DNA of 64,000 bases from an uncultured Poribacteria bacterium (GTDB lineage Bacteria; Poribacteria; WGA-4E; WGA-3G): contig OX638351.1 of NCBI GenBank assembly GCA_951813565.1, forward strand, positions 2,816,001-2,880,000, read 5' to 3'. Shown in pieces: positions 19,666 through 30,968 of this stretch; position 1 is the first letter of the stretch; each line of letters begins with the position of its first letter. Below the pieces are notes generated by a model. The model worked only from the letters and a program-made list of their open reading frames with translations, was not told the DNA's origin and ran no database searches. Made by a program: the position numbers and the translations under genes.

Positions 19666-20436
19666 CTACTTCGCTTTGAGTTGTCCCCAAGTAACAGCAA
19701 TTTTACCAAATGCTTCCACAGCTGTTGGGTTACTTTCCATCACTGATGCGATTTCGGCTTCGCTCAATGCCCGGTCATACACCCGCACTTCATCTATCTT
19801 GCCTTTGAAAAGATATTCATGGTTGGCGCGTTCATTTGCGCCTGCACCTATAAGGAGTTCCTGACTAGGATTGACGTTAGGCACAGAGGCTATTTCTCCT
19901 ACCAATTCACCGTTTACGTAGAGTTTCTGTGTGCCATCAGCATAGACACCAGCAAGATGATCCCATTCATCAAGATTCACAGCGGGTCCTTGAACAGATT
20001 TCCATCCACCATCACCTGTCCAAAACTGCCATGTATTGCCGGGTTCGCAATAAAAGATATACCCACTGGTAGGAGGTTCATTACGAGAAGAAACAACAGC
20101 ACGATGCCCTGTCCCTCCAGTTTCTACATTTGCCCAAGCACACACGGTGAAGGCTTCTGGATTAAGGTCCGCATGGTAGGGAACGTTTACCTCATCCCCA
20201 GCTTGATCAAATTCAAGTGCGCCACCAAAGTATCCATCCTTAGTCCATTGCGGGTCCCCTATCAATGCCCCATCGTGTCCATTGCCACTTGAGTCGCTTG
20301 CAGTGTCGCTAGATTCTTCATCAAATGCCCAGTATGCTACCAACCCATCAGTAACTGCATGTGCTAATATCGGCAGTGCCAAGAGACCAACAAAAAATAT
20401 TGTTCCAAATATCAAAGTAATAGATTTCATTTTCAA
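19666..20436 (-). CDS. Secreted LamG/concanavalin-like domain protein
   Basis: Signal peptide, LVAYWAFDE, WDHLAGV, GKIDEVRVYDRALS, C-terminal AVTWGQLK. Confidence 0.9.
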   Translation of the reverse strand: MKMKSITLIFGTIFFVGLLALPILAHAVTDGLVAYWAFDEESSDTASDSSGNGHDGALIGDPQWTKDGYFGGALEFDQAGDEVNVPYHADLNPEAFTVCAWANVETGGTGHRAVVSSRNEPPTSGYIFYCEPGNTWQFWTGDGGWKSVQGPAVNLDEWDHLAGVYADGTQKLYVNGELVGEIASVPNVNPSQELLIGAGANERANHEYLFKGKIDEVRVYDRALSEAEIASVMESNPTAVEAFGKIAVTWGQLKAK

Positions 20437-20484
20437 TTCCTTTTGTTATTTTAGTTTTATAGTTGTAGAGGGATTATTGAATAA

Positions 20485-21892
20485 CGCAATAAGTAGTTTT
20501 GGACTTTCAAAAAGCCCTTAAGCGTTATGGAAATTTATACTTAATAGGGTATGAGAATTCGGAAAAGCACTAAACGGCGAAGACTAATTTCTAACTCTAA
20601 TCTGCGAGAACTTCTGCCCCTCCACCTCACATCGGTATAAAAGTTGAGCGCGCTTGATAGATACTTTGCAACGGCAGACAATTCTTCTAATCGTTTTGCC
20701 GTTGTGATATGAGTGTGGTCCAGCTTGTCAAGACCTTATTCTCTAAGTTCTTCTGCCATCGTTGAGTGAGTCTTCATCTCATACTCTCATTGACAAACTT
20801 ATCAAAAATGCTCTCAATGTTCCTATAGTTGTATTTATAGCACGCCTCTGCGACATATAGGGGCGTGTATTCAGTCCAATAGTGGTGATGACTTCCATAC
20901 CAAGCACGTTTGAGAAGTGACCAGAAGCCTTCAATCGTATTGGTATGGACATCACCGTCAACAAATTGTTCTTGATGATCAATGATATGGTGCTTCATCT
21001 CTTTACCGAGTGTGAGATAAGCCTTATACTCATCAGTCATCAACTGCGATTTATCTACTTTAACAACTTCGCGAATAAAATTTAAGATAGTCCGTCCCGT
21101 CAAATCTTTTGCGAGTCTTGCCACAACTTTCCCACCGCGTTCAATCGCTCCGATGATAGCATCTTTATCAGTGCCACGCCCACGCTTAGCAGGATCCCTG
21201 TCCTCTTTTTTGTTCGCTTTGCGAGGTTTACCCCCGACATAAGTTTCGTCAGCCTCTATGATACCTTGTAAGAGGATATTATCTTTAGCCATTTCAGCAC
21301 GGATGCATGTTCCCATACGCCACGCAGTCTTTTGATTCAAGTCCAAATCTCTTGCCAACTGATGACTTGAAAGACTCTTTTTAGCATTCGTCATCAACGA
21401 GATAGCCAAAAACCACTTCTGAAGTGCTATCTTTGTCCCGTGAAACACCGTGCCACAAGTAACCTTGAAAGTAGCAGTGCAATCGTGGCATTGCCAGCGC
21501 CCGATGCGTCCCAATTCCGTTTCTGTTCGTCTTGCAACGTTTGGGCAATCACAATGTGGACACTTCGGTTTACCCTTCCACCGAATACTCTCTAAATGTT
21601 CAATACAACTCTCTTGATCAGGGAATCGTTCCATCACTTTCAACAAATCCATCAGAAAACTCCTTTTTAGGAGTTGCTTTTTCTGACAGGTTTCTGATAC
21701 AATAATTAGATAAGACAGAATGCCAGAAAAGCAACTCGCTTTTTTGTGTTCAATTAGGGGGTTAGCAGCCCTCTAATTTCTTATCTAAATTGTATCATAT
21801 TTTCACAATTAAAACAAGCGAAAAATGTAGTCTACACAAGGATTTAGAGCGATTTTTAAAATTTTGTTGAAAGTCCAAAACTACTTATTGCG
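20485..21892 (-). mobile_element. IS1595-family insertion sequence
   Basis: 26-bp TIR CGCAATAAGTAGTTTTGGACTTTCAA; 8-bp TSD TTGAATAA. Confidence 0.92.
20774..21652 (-). CDS. IS1595-family transposase
   Basis: Zn ribbon CPHC..CHDC, EADETYVGG, MTDE, HTNTIEGFWSLLKR. Confidence 0.95.
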   Translation of the reverse strand: MDLLKVMERFPDQESCIEHLESIRWKGKPKCPHCDCPNVARRTETELGRIGRWQCHDCTATFKVTCGTVFHGTKIALQKWFLAISLMTNAKKSLSSHQLARDLDLNQKTAWRMGTCIRAEMAKDNILLQGIIEADETYVGGKPRKANKKEDRDPAKRGRGTDKDAIIGAIERGGKVVARLAKDLTGRTILNFIREVVKVDKSQLMTDEYKAYLTLGKEMKHHIIDHQEQFVDGDVHTNTIEGFWSLLKRAWYGSHHHYWTEYTPLYVAEACYKYNYRNIESIFDKFVNESMR

Positions 21893-21995
21893 TTGAATAA
21901 TGTTACTGCAAAGAGCGTACAGACCCCTCAAACTGTTTCTCATTGCGATGATTATAGCTCTAAAATTAAGAGCGTTTTGCTATATTCCAATATCG

Positions 21996-22769
21996 TTACT
22001 TTGCCTTGAGTTTTCCCCAAGTGACAGCGATTTTGCCCGATGCTTCTACTGCTAACGAATCACTTTCCATCACCGCAGCGATTTCCTTCTCGTCCAGCAC
22101 GCGGTTATAGAGCCGCACTTCGTCAATTATACCCTTGAAAAGATATTCGTGATTGGCGCGCTCATTTGCCCCTGCACCGATGAGGAACTCCTGTTGTGAA
22201 TTGAAGTTAGGGTTGGAATCCCTTTCTCCTACAAGTTTCCCGTTCACGTAAAATTTCTGTTTACCATCAGCAAAGGTGCCAGCAAGATGATCCCATTTAC
22301 CAAGATTCACTGCTGGCCCTTGAACGGAAACCCACGGTGTCGCTCCATCACCTGTCCAAAATTGCCATGTATGATCAGTGGGTTCTGCGTAAAAGATATA
22401 CCCACTCGTAGGAGGTTCATCACGAGAAGAAACAACGGCCCGATGCCCTGCGCTTCCCGGTTCCACGTTTGCCCAAGCACACACGGTGAAGGCTTCTGGA
22501 TTGAGATCCTCATGAAAGGGAACGTTTACCTCATCTCCCACTTGATCAAATTCAAGGCCGCCATCGAAGTATCCATCCTTAGTCCATTGTGGGTCTCCCA
22601 TCAACTTCCCATCATGTCCGTTTCCAGATGAGTCGCTTGCAGTATCACCTTTCGTTTCATTGAAATCCCAGTACGCAACAATACCTTCCTCAACAGCTTG
22701 CACTAATATCGGAAGCATTAAGAATCCTGCAAATAGCAGGAGCGTAAATACAAATTTGATTTTTTTCAT
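21996..22769 (-). CDS. Secreted LamG domain protein, paralog of 19666-20436
   Basis: Long near-identical blocks shared with the neighbouring LamG gene. Confidence 0.9.
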   Translation of the reverse strand: MKKIKFVFTLLLFAGFLMLPILVQAVEEGIVAYWDFNETKGDTASDSSGNGHDGKLMGDPQWTKDGYFDGGLEFDQVGDEVNVPFHEDLNPEAFTVCAWANVEPGSAGHRAVVSSRDEPPTSGYIFYAEPTDHTWQFWTGDGATPWVSVQGPAVNLGKWDHLAGTFADGKQKFYVNGKLVGERDSNPNFNSQQEFLIGAGANERANHEYLFKGIIDEVRLYNRVLDEKEIAAVMESDSLAVEASGKIAVTWGKLKAK

Positions 22770-22978
22770 TTTCTTTCCCTTTAGTTGATGTTAAATTTGC
22801 GCTTAAAAGTAGCAGACACCCACAAATATCGCACGAGCATTTAGTGTTGATCTGACACTTTGTAAGCATACTGTCTATAATTGATCTTACCCATAATTGA
22901 CGGTAGTATACCAAATATTATAAAAAGAGTCAAAAAATAGAATATGTAATAGAGGTAATTATGGGAGGGAAGGAGTTT

Positions 22979-24424
22979 TTATACCAAATGCCGCTGGCGT
23001 ATGTCATCCCAGGGACCTGTAATAGCAATTGTGATGCCTGGGTTCTGGATATTGACAAAGAGTGTTGTGCCATCAGGTGAGAACGTTGCACCTGCTAACT
23101 CAGAGGTATTACTGGCGTTTCGGGCAAATTGATAGGTGTGTCCTTCAGGTGTAACGCCGACTATAAACTGATCTTTTGCACCGTCTTCACAGATAATGAG
23201 GTCACCCCACGGTGCGATGGTCAGGTTATCGGCATTTTCAAGAAGTTTACTGTCATTTGGTTCAATAAAAAGTTCCAGGGTGCCAGGGTCTTTATCTTCC
23301 CTGCTTGTGCCTTCATAAGGACTTGGGGTATATCGCCAGATTTGTCCTTTTTGCGCTATCCCCCCATTTGTGCATGCAATATAAAACGCATCTCCACTAA
23401 ACCATATCCCCTCACCACGGGCAAACTTCGCTGCGTTTTTACCTTCAACGCCTTGCATGCGAAGGTCATCTTTGGGCGCTTCCACGTTTTCTACATCTAC
23501 CCATTCAACAGCCATTTTCTGTGAGACAAGGACAGGATCATACGTCCACGGCGCAATCTTTTGTAAACGGTTTTTCCAGTTTCGGGTATCAGCGGCCTTC
23601 ATGTTTCTAATTTTTAATGCTTGTAAGCGACCACCTTTGACAAGTTTACCGGGTTCTTCAGGAATGAAGCGATAGAATAATCCGTCATTTCTATCTTCGG
23701 TTTCGTAGACAATACCGGTGCGTGAGTCCACAGCAACTGCTTCATGATTGAAACGTCCCATCGCTTTTAGAGGGATAGCTTCAGCTAATCCTGGCGTAGT
23801 AGAAATGGGCACTTCGAAATTGTAACCGTGATCCTGTTCAAACGCATTTTCAGCTTTTTGCACCGTTTCCTCACAGGTTATCCATGTGTTCCATGGTGTT
23901 GTTCCACCAGCACAATTGCGGATCGTTCCAGCTAAACTCAAGAAATGGCTTTCAAGTGTAGCGGTACGGGTATCATAGACAAGCGTTGTCGTTGCCCCAA
24001 GACTGGGAACTTTCTTATAACCTAAATCGTAAAATTTGTCAGTGTCAACCAGATTGAGCTTTTCGTTGTTCCATCCAAAGGGTCCGACAATTTTGTCAGT
24101 AGCGTTCAATTCGTGATTGCGGATAAGGATTGTTTTTCCATCAGCCCCAGGGAATGCAGCCATTCCATCGTGCTTGCCCGGTACCCAAAGACCATCATCC
24201 ATCTTCTCACCTGTCCGAGAAAATGCATGTGCTACAAATCCTTCAGGTAAGTCAAGGAGCTGGTTTTGGGTTGGTTTAAAAATATAGGGCGGCTTAGGTT
24301 TGAGTCCTGGCACGTATTTTTTCAGTTTACGACTCACACCTGAAAACCCGAAACCGACTGCCGCAGATGCAGCAGCTACTGCACCATAGCTGAGGAACTG
24401 CCGTCGAGATAAATTGAATTTCAC
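22979..24424 (-). CDS. Tat-exported PhoX-family alkaline phosphatase
   Basis: SRRQFL Tat motif, NCAGGxTPWxTWITCEE, MGRFNHEA, GEG, DNL, CED, ELAG. Confidence 0.88.
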   Translation of the reverse strand: MKFNLSRRQFLSYGAVAAASAAVGFGFSGVSRKLKKYVPGLKPKPPYIFKPTQNQLLDLPEGFVAHAFSRTGEKMDDGLWVPGKHDGMAAFPGADGKTILIRNHELNATDKIVGPFGWNNEKLNLVDTDKFYDLGYKKVPSLGATTTLVYDTRTATLESHFLSLAGTIRNCAGGTTPWNTWITCEETVQKAENAFEQDHGYNFEVPISTTPGLAEAIPLKAMGRFNHEAVAVDSRTGIVYETEDRNDGLFYRFIPEEPGKLVKGGRLQALKIRNMKAADTRNWKNRLQKIAPWTYDPVLVSQKMAVEWVDVENVEAPKDDLRMQGVEGKNAAKFARGEGIWFSGDAFYIACTNGGIAQKGQIWRYTPSPYEGTSREDKDPGTLELFIEPNDSKLLENADNLTIAPWGDLIICEDGAKDQFIVGVTPEGHTYQFARNASNTSELAGATFSPDGTTLFVNIQNPGITIAITGPWDDIRQRHLV

Positions 24425-24756
24425 CGTTTCCTTTCTCCTGTCCTAAATTTACGTAGAACAACTAAAAATCGCAACATTATGGATGTTGTTTTAAGGATAG
24501 TCTTAAATTGTTACATTTGTTTTGAGATTTCTGTAAGTTTTATTGACAACTTTTTCAATTCTCATTGTATTTCCTGCATTTCATTTTGCCCATAAGGAAA
24601 GGATTAATTTTGACACAGTATGCCATTTTGTGTTAAAATTCCACAACGAACATAAAGTATAACATAGTTTCAGGAAATGTGCATTAATTCTGCACAATTT
24701 TAAAAGTAGCAAGCACGTGAGTATACTATCAAATAAAACGTAAGGAGAACCGTGTA

Positions 24757-27309
24757 ATGGAGACCTACAGTTATGCCCCTGAAGAAATAGAGCCGTATTG
24801 GCAAGCGGCATGGCGAGAAAAGGAAGCATTCAAAATACCCAACGATATTGAGACATTAAAAAAGAAACCGAAATTTTATGTGCTTGGAATGTTTCCATAT
24901 ACTTCAGGAGCAGGACTCCACATGGGGCACACAAAAAACTACGTCCCCACCGATGTACTCGCAAATTTCAAGCGAATGCAAGGCTATCACGTAATGCACC
25001 CGATGGGATGGGATGCGTTCGGACTTCCGACTGAACGGACTGCAGTCCGAGAAAATGAACATCCAGCACATATTACAAAACGGAATACCGAAACTTTTCA
25101 ACAGCAGATTCAACGTATCGGTCTTTCCTACGATTGGGCTCGCAAAATTGACACCTCCCTTCCCGAATACTACAGATGGACACAATGGATTTTTCTGCGC
25201 CTCTATGAAAAAGACTTGGCGTATCTCGCTGATGTCCCCGTTAACTGGTGTCCCGCATTAGGCACTGTCCTTTCTAACGAAGAGGTAAAGGACGGTAAAT
25301 ATGTTGAAACCGATGACCCGGTTGAACGCCGCCTGATGCACCAGTGGATGCTAAAAATTACCGCCTATGCAGAACGTCTATTGGAAGATTTGGACCTATT
25401 GGATTGGCCTGACGGTCTCAAAGAGATGCAGCGGCATTGGATAGGTAAATCCGAAGGCGCAGAAATCACTTTTGGGATCAAAGACCGTGATTCTACGTTT
25501 ACCGTTTTCACTACACGTCCTGATACGCCCTTCGGCGCAACCTACTGCGTGCTTGCCCCTGAACACCCGCTTGTCGCTCAGATAACACACCCCGATGCTG
25601 TTTCTGCTGTTTACAATTATGTGCAGGAAGCAGCCAACAAATCTGACCTCCAACGCACAGACCTTGCCACAGAAAAAACCGGTGTTTTCACGGGTGCTTA
25701 CGCTATCAATCCGTGTAACAATCAACCTATCCCAATTTGGGTAGCAGATTATGTTCTGATGACTTACGGCACAGGCGCTATCATGGCTGTTCCAGGACAT
25801 GATGAACGCGACCATGAATTCGCCACGACTTTCGGTATTCCTATTGTTGAAGTTATCAGTGGTGGTGAAAAACCAATTGAGGAAGAAGCATTTGAAGGTG
25901 ATGGCGTGTGTGTTAACTCCGATTTTCTGAACGGTTTGCAGGTTCACGATGCAAAAGAGAAGATGATTGCATGGCTTGAAAGTGAAAAAAAAGGCAAGCG
26001 TCAGATTCAGTATCGTCTGCGGGATTGGCTTTTCTCTCGGCAAAGGTATTGGGGTGAACCCTTTCCACTTGCACATCTTGATGACGGTACAATTGTTCAA
26101 CTTCCTGATGACCATTTGCCTATAGAACTGCCACCGATTGATGCCTATAAACCGACAGAGGATGGTAAACCCCCGCTTGCTCGTGCCGATGAGGCGTGGT
26201 TGAAGGTTCAACTGCCTGACGGTCGAATTGCGACGCGAGAGACAAACATTATGCCACAGTGGGCAGGTTCCTGTTGGTATTATCTCCGCTTTTTGGATGC
26301 ACACAATACAGATGCGCCTTTTGACACTGCGCTTGAACGTTATTGGATGCCAGTTGATCTATATATGGGTGGGGCAGAACATGCTGTACTACATCTACTT
26401 TATGCGCGTTTTTGGCACAAGGTGCTTTACGATTGCGGATTGGTCTCTACTAAAGAACCGTTCCAGGGACTTCTCAACCAAGGAACTATTCTGGCGGAAT
26501 CTTTCCAAGACGATGCTGGTAAATACTATTACCCAAACGAAGTTGAGAGGGGCAACGAAAAAGCAACAGCAAAAACTTCTGGTAAACCGCTCCATGTGCA
26601 ACTGGAAAAGATGTCTAAATCTCGCTTTAACGTCATAAATCCGAACGATGTTATTGACAAATATGGAGCGGATGCGCTTCGACTCTATCTGCTATTTATC
26701 GGTCCGGTCACAGCAAGCACGCCGTGGCAGGACGCTGGCGTAGAGGGGGTGTATCGATTCCTTCAACGTGTCTGGCGGCTTGTTGTTGATGAACAGAGCG
26801 GTGAACTTAATGAAAAGTTGACTGATGCTGCTGGCACAACGGAGTCTGAACTTTGGCGGGAACTCCACAAAACTATCAAGCAGGTGACAGAGGACACAGA
26901 GTCAATTGACAAGATGAACACAGCGATTAGCCAAATGATGATTTTTGTCAATACTGCAACGCAGCTCAAATCACTACCGATAGAGACGGTGAAGGTATTC
27001 CTCCATCTATTGGCACCTTATGCACCGCACATTTCGCAGGAGTTGTGGCATCGCCTCGGTGAAACAGGATTCATTGCTCATGCCGCGTGGCCGAAATGTG
27101 ATGAAACAGTGCTTGAAAGTGCCACGATCACCATTATCGCACAAGTAAATGGAAAACTTCGAAACCGTCTACAACTTCCCACAGATGCTACTGACAAAGA
27201 GATTGAGGAAGCCGCACTAGCAGATGAAAGAGTTCAGCGGTTTATTGAAGGAAAACCGATTCGGAAGGTGATTGTCGTGCCGAATCGCCTGATTAATATC
27301 GTTGTTTAG
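24757..27309 (+). CDS. leuS: Leucine--tRNA ligase
   Basis: HMGH, KMSKS, RQRYWG, GGAEHA, CP1 editing domain FTTRPDT. Confidence 0.98.
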   Translation: METYSYAPEEIEPYWQAAWREKEAFKIPNDIETLKKKPKFYVLGMFPYTSGAGLHMGHTKNYVPTDVLANFKRMQGYHVMHPMGWDAFGLPTERTAVRENEHPAHITKRNTETFQQQIQRIGLSYDWARKIDTSLPEYYRWTQWIFLRLYEKDLAYLADVPVNWCPALGTVLSNEEVKDGKYVETDDPVERRLMHQWMLKITAYAERLLEDLDLLDWPDGLKEMQRHWIGKSEGAEITFGIKDRDSTFTVFTTRPDTPFGATYCVLAPEHPLVAQITHPDAVSAVYNYVQEAANKSDLQRTDLATEKTGVFTGAYAINPCNNQPIPIWVADYVLMTYGTGAIMAVPGHDERDHEFATTFGIPIVEVISGGEKPIEEEAFEGDGVCVNSDFLNGLQVHDAKEKMIAWLESEKKGKRQIQYRLRDWLFSRQRYWGEPFPLAHLDDGTIVQLPDDHLPIELPPIDAYKPTEDGKPPLARADEAWLKVQLPDGRIATRETNIMPQWAGSCWYYLRFLDAHNTDAPFDTALERYWMPVDLYMGGAEHAVLHLLYARFWHKVLYDCGLVSTKEPFQGLLNQGTILAESFQDDAGKYYYPNEVERGNEKATAKTSGKPLHVQLEKMSKSRFNVINPNDVIDKYGADALRLYLLFIGPVTASTPWQDAGVEGVYRFLQRVWRLVVDEQSGELNEKLTDAAGTTESELWRELHKTIKQVTEDTESIDKMNTAISQMMIFVNTATQLKSLPIETVKVFLHLLAPYAPHISQELWHRLGETGFIAHAAWPKCDETVLESATITIIAQVNGKLRNRLQLPTDATDKEIEEAALADERVQRFIEGKPIRKVIVVPNRLINIVV

Positions 27310-27942
27310 ATATCATTTCTGAACACTAATTTGTTGGATGAGGTTCCCGTACTCAGTTCATAGATTGTCTAACAAATATGGACATTGAATCCGCAAGCTT
27401 TTGCTTGGGGATTCAATGCCCCACAGGTTTTAATTGACAGAAGGGATGCTGGCTGGATGAATATCGGTCAGAGACTTCCCGTTATAAGTTGAGGTTGCGT
27501 TGTCAGTCAGTCTGAGTCGAAAGATTCGGATTGATTTTTTCTTTGTGTTGCTGTATACTATTAAAATCTTTGGAGATGCAATAAAATCATCTTAGATGAT
27601 GATACTAATAATTTGATTGGACTGACTAAAGAGATGTTGAAAGTTGCTAATAATTTTCTTGAAAAGATAGACAATACTTATTTGAAGGCAATAGGTATAA
27701 AACGCAATGCTAAGGCAGAAGCAGAAGCAAAAGGATATACTGCCATCGCGGGATGTGGAACAATAACATTTTCAGGACAAACGCAAATTGAGCAAAAAAA
27801 GAAGATATTAGACTTAAAACGGTTCTCCGCTATTTTGGTATTTTAACCTTCTAAATCCCAACCCTTCTTTATCCTCTTATCAAGGGCAGGGAGACTTTTG
27901 AACCTATTGCGTCTGTCCTACATTTTTTAAAAGAAGAACACC

Positions 27943-28065
27943 ATGCCATATTTTGATTATACCTACGAAGCCATCGTCGCTCGCGGTGAGGAAATTTATC
28001 AACAGTTTCGGGACGAACTTGAATCTCAGTACAAAGGACAGTTTTTTGTGGTTGACATTAAATAA
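27943..28065 (+). pseudogene. Short truncated hypothetical protein fragment
   Basis: MPYFDYTYEAIVARGEEIYQQFRDELESQYKGQFFVVDIK*; looks like the start of a small protein cut short. Confidence 0.4.
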
Positions 28066-28079
28066 AAATAGGTGAAATA

Positions 28080-29105
28080 ATGCGTATCAAATGTATAATT
28101 AGTGTATTCATATTAGTTTTTATGGTAGGCGGGGTTGTGTTTGCAGAGGATGATGCGGGAAAACTGGTCTTTGCCATTCGTGAGCCGTTACTGAATGAAG
28201 ACGGTTTCCGAATCACAACACGGACACTGGAGAGAGGGCGAGATGTAACAAATTGGTGGGAATTCCATCAGTATAACATCTGTACGATGAATCCGGATGG
28301 CACAGATTTCCGCCGACTCACCGATGATGCGGTTTCGCGTAACCCGCGCTTGTCACCAGATGGGGAGCGAATTGCTTACATATCCGGGGTGGACCGGGCA
28401 AAATCGCTATATGTGATGCATGCAGATGGCACCGAGAAAAAGCAGCTGATCAAGAGAGAGTATGACATTCACGATTTCTGGTGGTCTCCTTTAAGCCACG
28501 CTATTCTGGTTGTGGTAGAGATTGACCGTGCGAAAGATCGACTGGAAAATTGGGAAGTAACGGTTGATGGAAAAATAAAGCGGTGGCGGACCCTGCAGTG
28601 GGCAAGAGGATGGCTATATTGGGATGCGAAAGGCGAAAGGGTTAAAGAACCGAATAGAAAATTGCTTGAAGTGTTACCAAAGGGAACAAGATGGCCCGAG
28701 TGGTCGCCTGACCGTAAATGGATAGCATTTAAGACCGATGGTTTCCTTGCGCTTGCAGAACCGGATGTCGTCAGTAAGGGTAGAACATGGTTTCTGCAAC
28801 GCGACGAGCCGCCGTGTGGAAGCATTGAAGAGTGGTCACCAGATGGCAAACAGGTTTTGTTTTATACATCAGGCGAGGTCTGTGTTGCCACTGTAGAGAA
28901 GGGGCGATTTAAAAGCTACCTCAATCTGAGTCTTTACCCAGGACGTGACGCGACATGGAGCCCAGACGGTAGCCAAATTGCATTTATTGGTGGCGATTCG
29001 GATGGGCGACGCACCAGCGAAATCTTCATCTTAGATGTTGAAACTGGCAAAATGCAACAAATTACCTCAACTACTTACGATTACTTTGATCTACATTGGC
29101 GGTAA
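28080..29105 (+). CDS. TolB-like beta-propeller (PD40 repeat) secreted protein
   Basis: Signal peptide and repeated WSPDG motifs. Confidence 0.85.
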   Translation: MRIKCIISVFILVFMVGGVVFAEDDAGKLVFAIREPLLNEDGFRITTRTLERGRDVTNWWEFHQYNICTMNPDGTDFRRLTDDAVSRNPRLSPDGERIAYISGVDRAKSLYVMHADGTEKKQLIKREYDIHDFWWSPLSHAILVVVEIDRAKDRLENWEVTVDGKIKRWRTLQWARGWLYWDAKGERVKEPNRKLLEVLPKGTRWPEWSPDRKWIAFKTDGFLALAEPDVVSKGRTWFLQRDEPPCGSIEEWSPDGKQVLFYTSGEVCVATVEKGRFKSYLNLSLYPGRDATWSPDGSQIAFIGGDSDGRRTSEIFILDVETGKMQQITSTTYDYFDLHWR

Positions 29106-29143
29106 AGCAAACCGTTAACTATAGGTAGCAACTTATATTATTT

Positions 29144-30841
29144 ATGACAAATTCAACACTTATTAAAAATGAAGAACTCGTTAACGGAAGTATTTCGATT
29201 ATTCCATTAGGAGGTTTAGGTGAATTCGGACTCAACATGATGGTATACGAAACCGAAAATGACATCATTGTCATTGATACCGGTTTTATGTTGCCGAATT
29301 CCGATATGCCGGGGGTTGATCTGATATTTCCGGATATTCACTACCTCGTTGAACGCAAAGAAAAGGTGCGCGGGATACTTTTAACACATGGTCACGAGGA
29401 TCATATCGGTGCGTTGGCGTATGTGCTGCAACAGTTAGATGCGCCAGTTTACGGCACGCAACTGACGCTTTCCATCGCAAGCGGTCGGTTGAAAGAATAC
29501 GGTGTATTGGGTAAAGCGGATTTGAACGCCATCGTGCCTGGGGATAACGTAAACTTAGGTGATTTTTCTGCAGAGTTTATTCACGTCACACACAGCATTC
29601 CGGATGCGGTTGCAATCGCTCTGCGAACGCCTGTTGGTGTTATTGTTCATACTGGAGATTTCAAATTTGACGCGACACCCGTTGATGGCAAGTTAACTGA
29701 TATTCAAACTTTAGCGCGGCTCGGTGCTGAAGGGGTTCTCTTACTGCTCTCTGACAGCACGAACGTCAACTGGCCAGGGCAGACCCTTTCCGAACGTAGT
29801 ATCTATGATGCAATAGACAATATCTTTCAGAAAACGGAACAGAGACTATTCCTTTGCACTTTTTCTTCAAGCATACACCGTCTACAACAATTTATTGATT
29901 TAGCGATGAAACATCGCAGACTCGTTGCTGTTACGGGACGTTCCCTCACCAACAATGTTCGCATTGCCACAGAACTTGGTCACCTAAAGATTAACCCCGA
30001 CTATCTAATTGATGCTCGCGATGCTGCCATGTTCAAACCGCATGAGGTTGTTATCTTAAGCACTGGCAGCCAAGGCGAACCACGTTCAGCAATGGCATTG
30101 ATGGCGCTTGACAACCACCCTTTTTTGAAGGTAGAACCGAACGATACAGTCGTAATTTCTGCTCGTATTATTCCTGGGAACGAAAAATCTATTGGAAATG
30201 TTGTAAACCATCTATTGAGACGCGGTGCAAACATCTTCCATGAACGCAACGCGAATGTTCATGTTTCCGGGCACGGTTCAAGTGAAGACCTAAAACTAAT
30301 GATCAATCTCTTGCAACCCAAGTTTTTCGTCCCGATACACGGTGAATATCAGAACCTGGTCCGACATGCCGAACTTGCTGAGTCTGTAGGCATTCCGAGT
30401 AGCAACATAAATGTGGCTGAAGATGGTGAACTGATTTGTCTCACGCCTGAGTCGTGCAAAGTGTTTGAGCGGCAAGGACGTTCTGGACGTGTTTTGGTAG
30501 ATGGGAAACCGGAAATTGAACTTGAGGATATTGTTTTGCGCGACCGCATTCAGCTTTCACAAGATGGCATGGTTATTCCCATCATTGTCCTGCATAGTGA
30601 TGGCGGTGCAATTGCGACTGAACCCGAAATAATTTCTCGTGGTTTTGTTTATATGGATGAATCTGAAGATCTTTTCACTGAAGCGAAAGAAATTACGCGG
30701 AAAGTCATTGAAAATTTGAGTGACGAACAGAAGCACGAGATGGAAATAGTCCAAGATGAGATACGAAGCGCACTACGTAGATTTTTCGCGAAGCAGATGC
30801 AGCGGAGTCCGTTAGTTCTTCCTGTTGTGATGCGGGTGTAG
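29144..30841 (+). CDS. rnj: Ribonuclease J
   Basis: PLGGLGEFG, THGHEDHIG, HTGDFK, GSQGEP, HVSGH, PIHGE, SRGFVY. Confidence 0.96.
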   Translation: MTNSTLIKNEELVNGSISIIPLGGLGEFGLNMMVYETENDIIVIDTGFMLPNSDMPGVDLIFPDIHYLVERKEKVRGILLTHGHEDHIGALAYVLQQLDAPVYGTQLTLSIASGRLKEYGVLGKADLNAIVPGDNVNLGDFSAEFIHVTHSIPDAVAIALRTPVGVIVHTGDFKFDATPVDGKLTDIQTLARLGAEGVLLLLSDSTNVNWPGQTLSERSIYDAIDNIFQKTEQRLFLCTFSSSIHRLQQFIDLAMKHRRLVAVTGRSLTNNVRIATELGHLKINPDYLIDARDAAMFKPHEVVILSTGSQGEPRSAMALMALDNHPFLKVEPNDTVVISARIIPGNEKSIGNVVNHLLRRGANIFHERNANVHVSGHGSSEDLKLMINLLQPKFFVPIHGEYQNLVRHAELAESVGIPSSNINVAEDGELICLTPESCKVFERQGRSGRVLVDGKPEIELEDIVLRDRIQLSQDGMVIPIIVLHSDGGAIATEPEIISRGFVYMDESEDLFTEAKEITRKVIENLSDEQKHEMEIVQDEIRSALRRFFAKQMQRSPLVLPVVMRV

Positions 30842-30968
30842 AACCTACCGTGGGTGTCAATTTTAAAGAAAAATATTCTTGTGGGAGGGCTTTGAAAGCC
30901 CGATTTTGATTTATCGGGGTTGAAAACCCCTCCCACAAGAATATTTACCGAAGGTATGAATTATAACC

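Noticed and set aside
25396..26304. 302-aa antisense ORF and similar shadow ORFs across the window
   Set aside because: They overlap well-supported genes on the opposite strand or another frame and have no motifs.
27386..27846. Hairpin resembling an IS605 end and a 77-aa ORF after leuS
   Set aside because: No partner end, transposase or recognisable motif; too weak to call.
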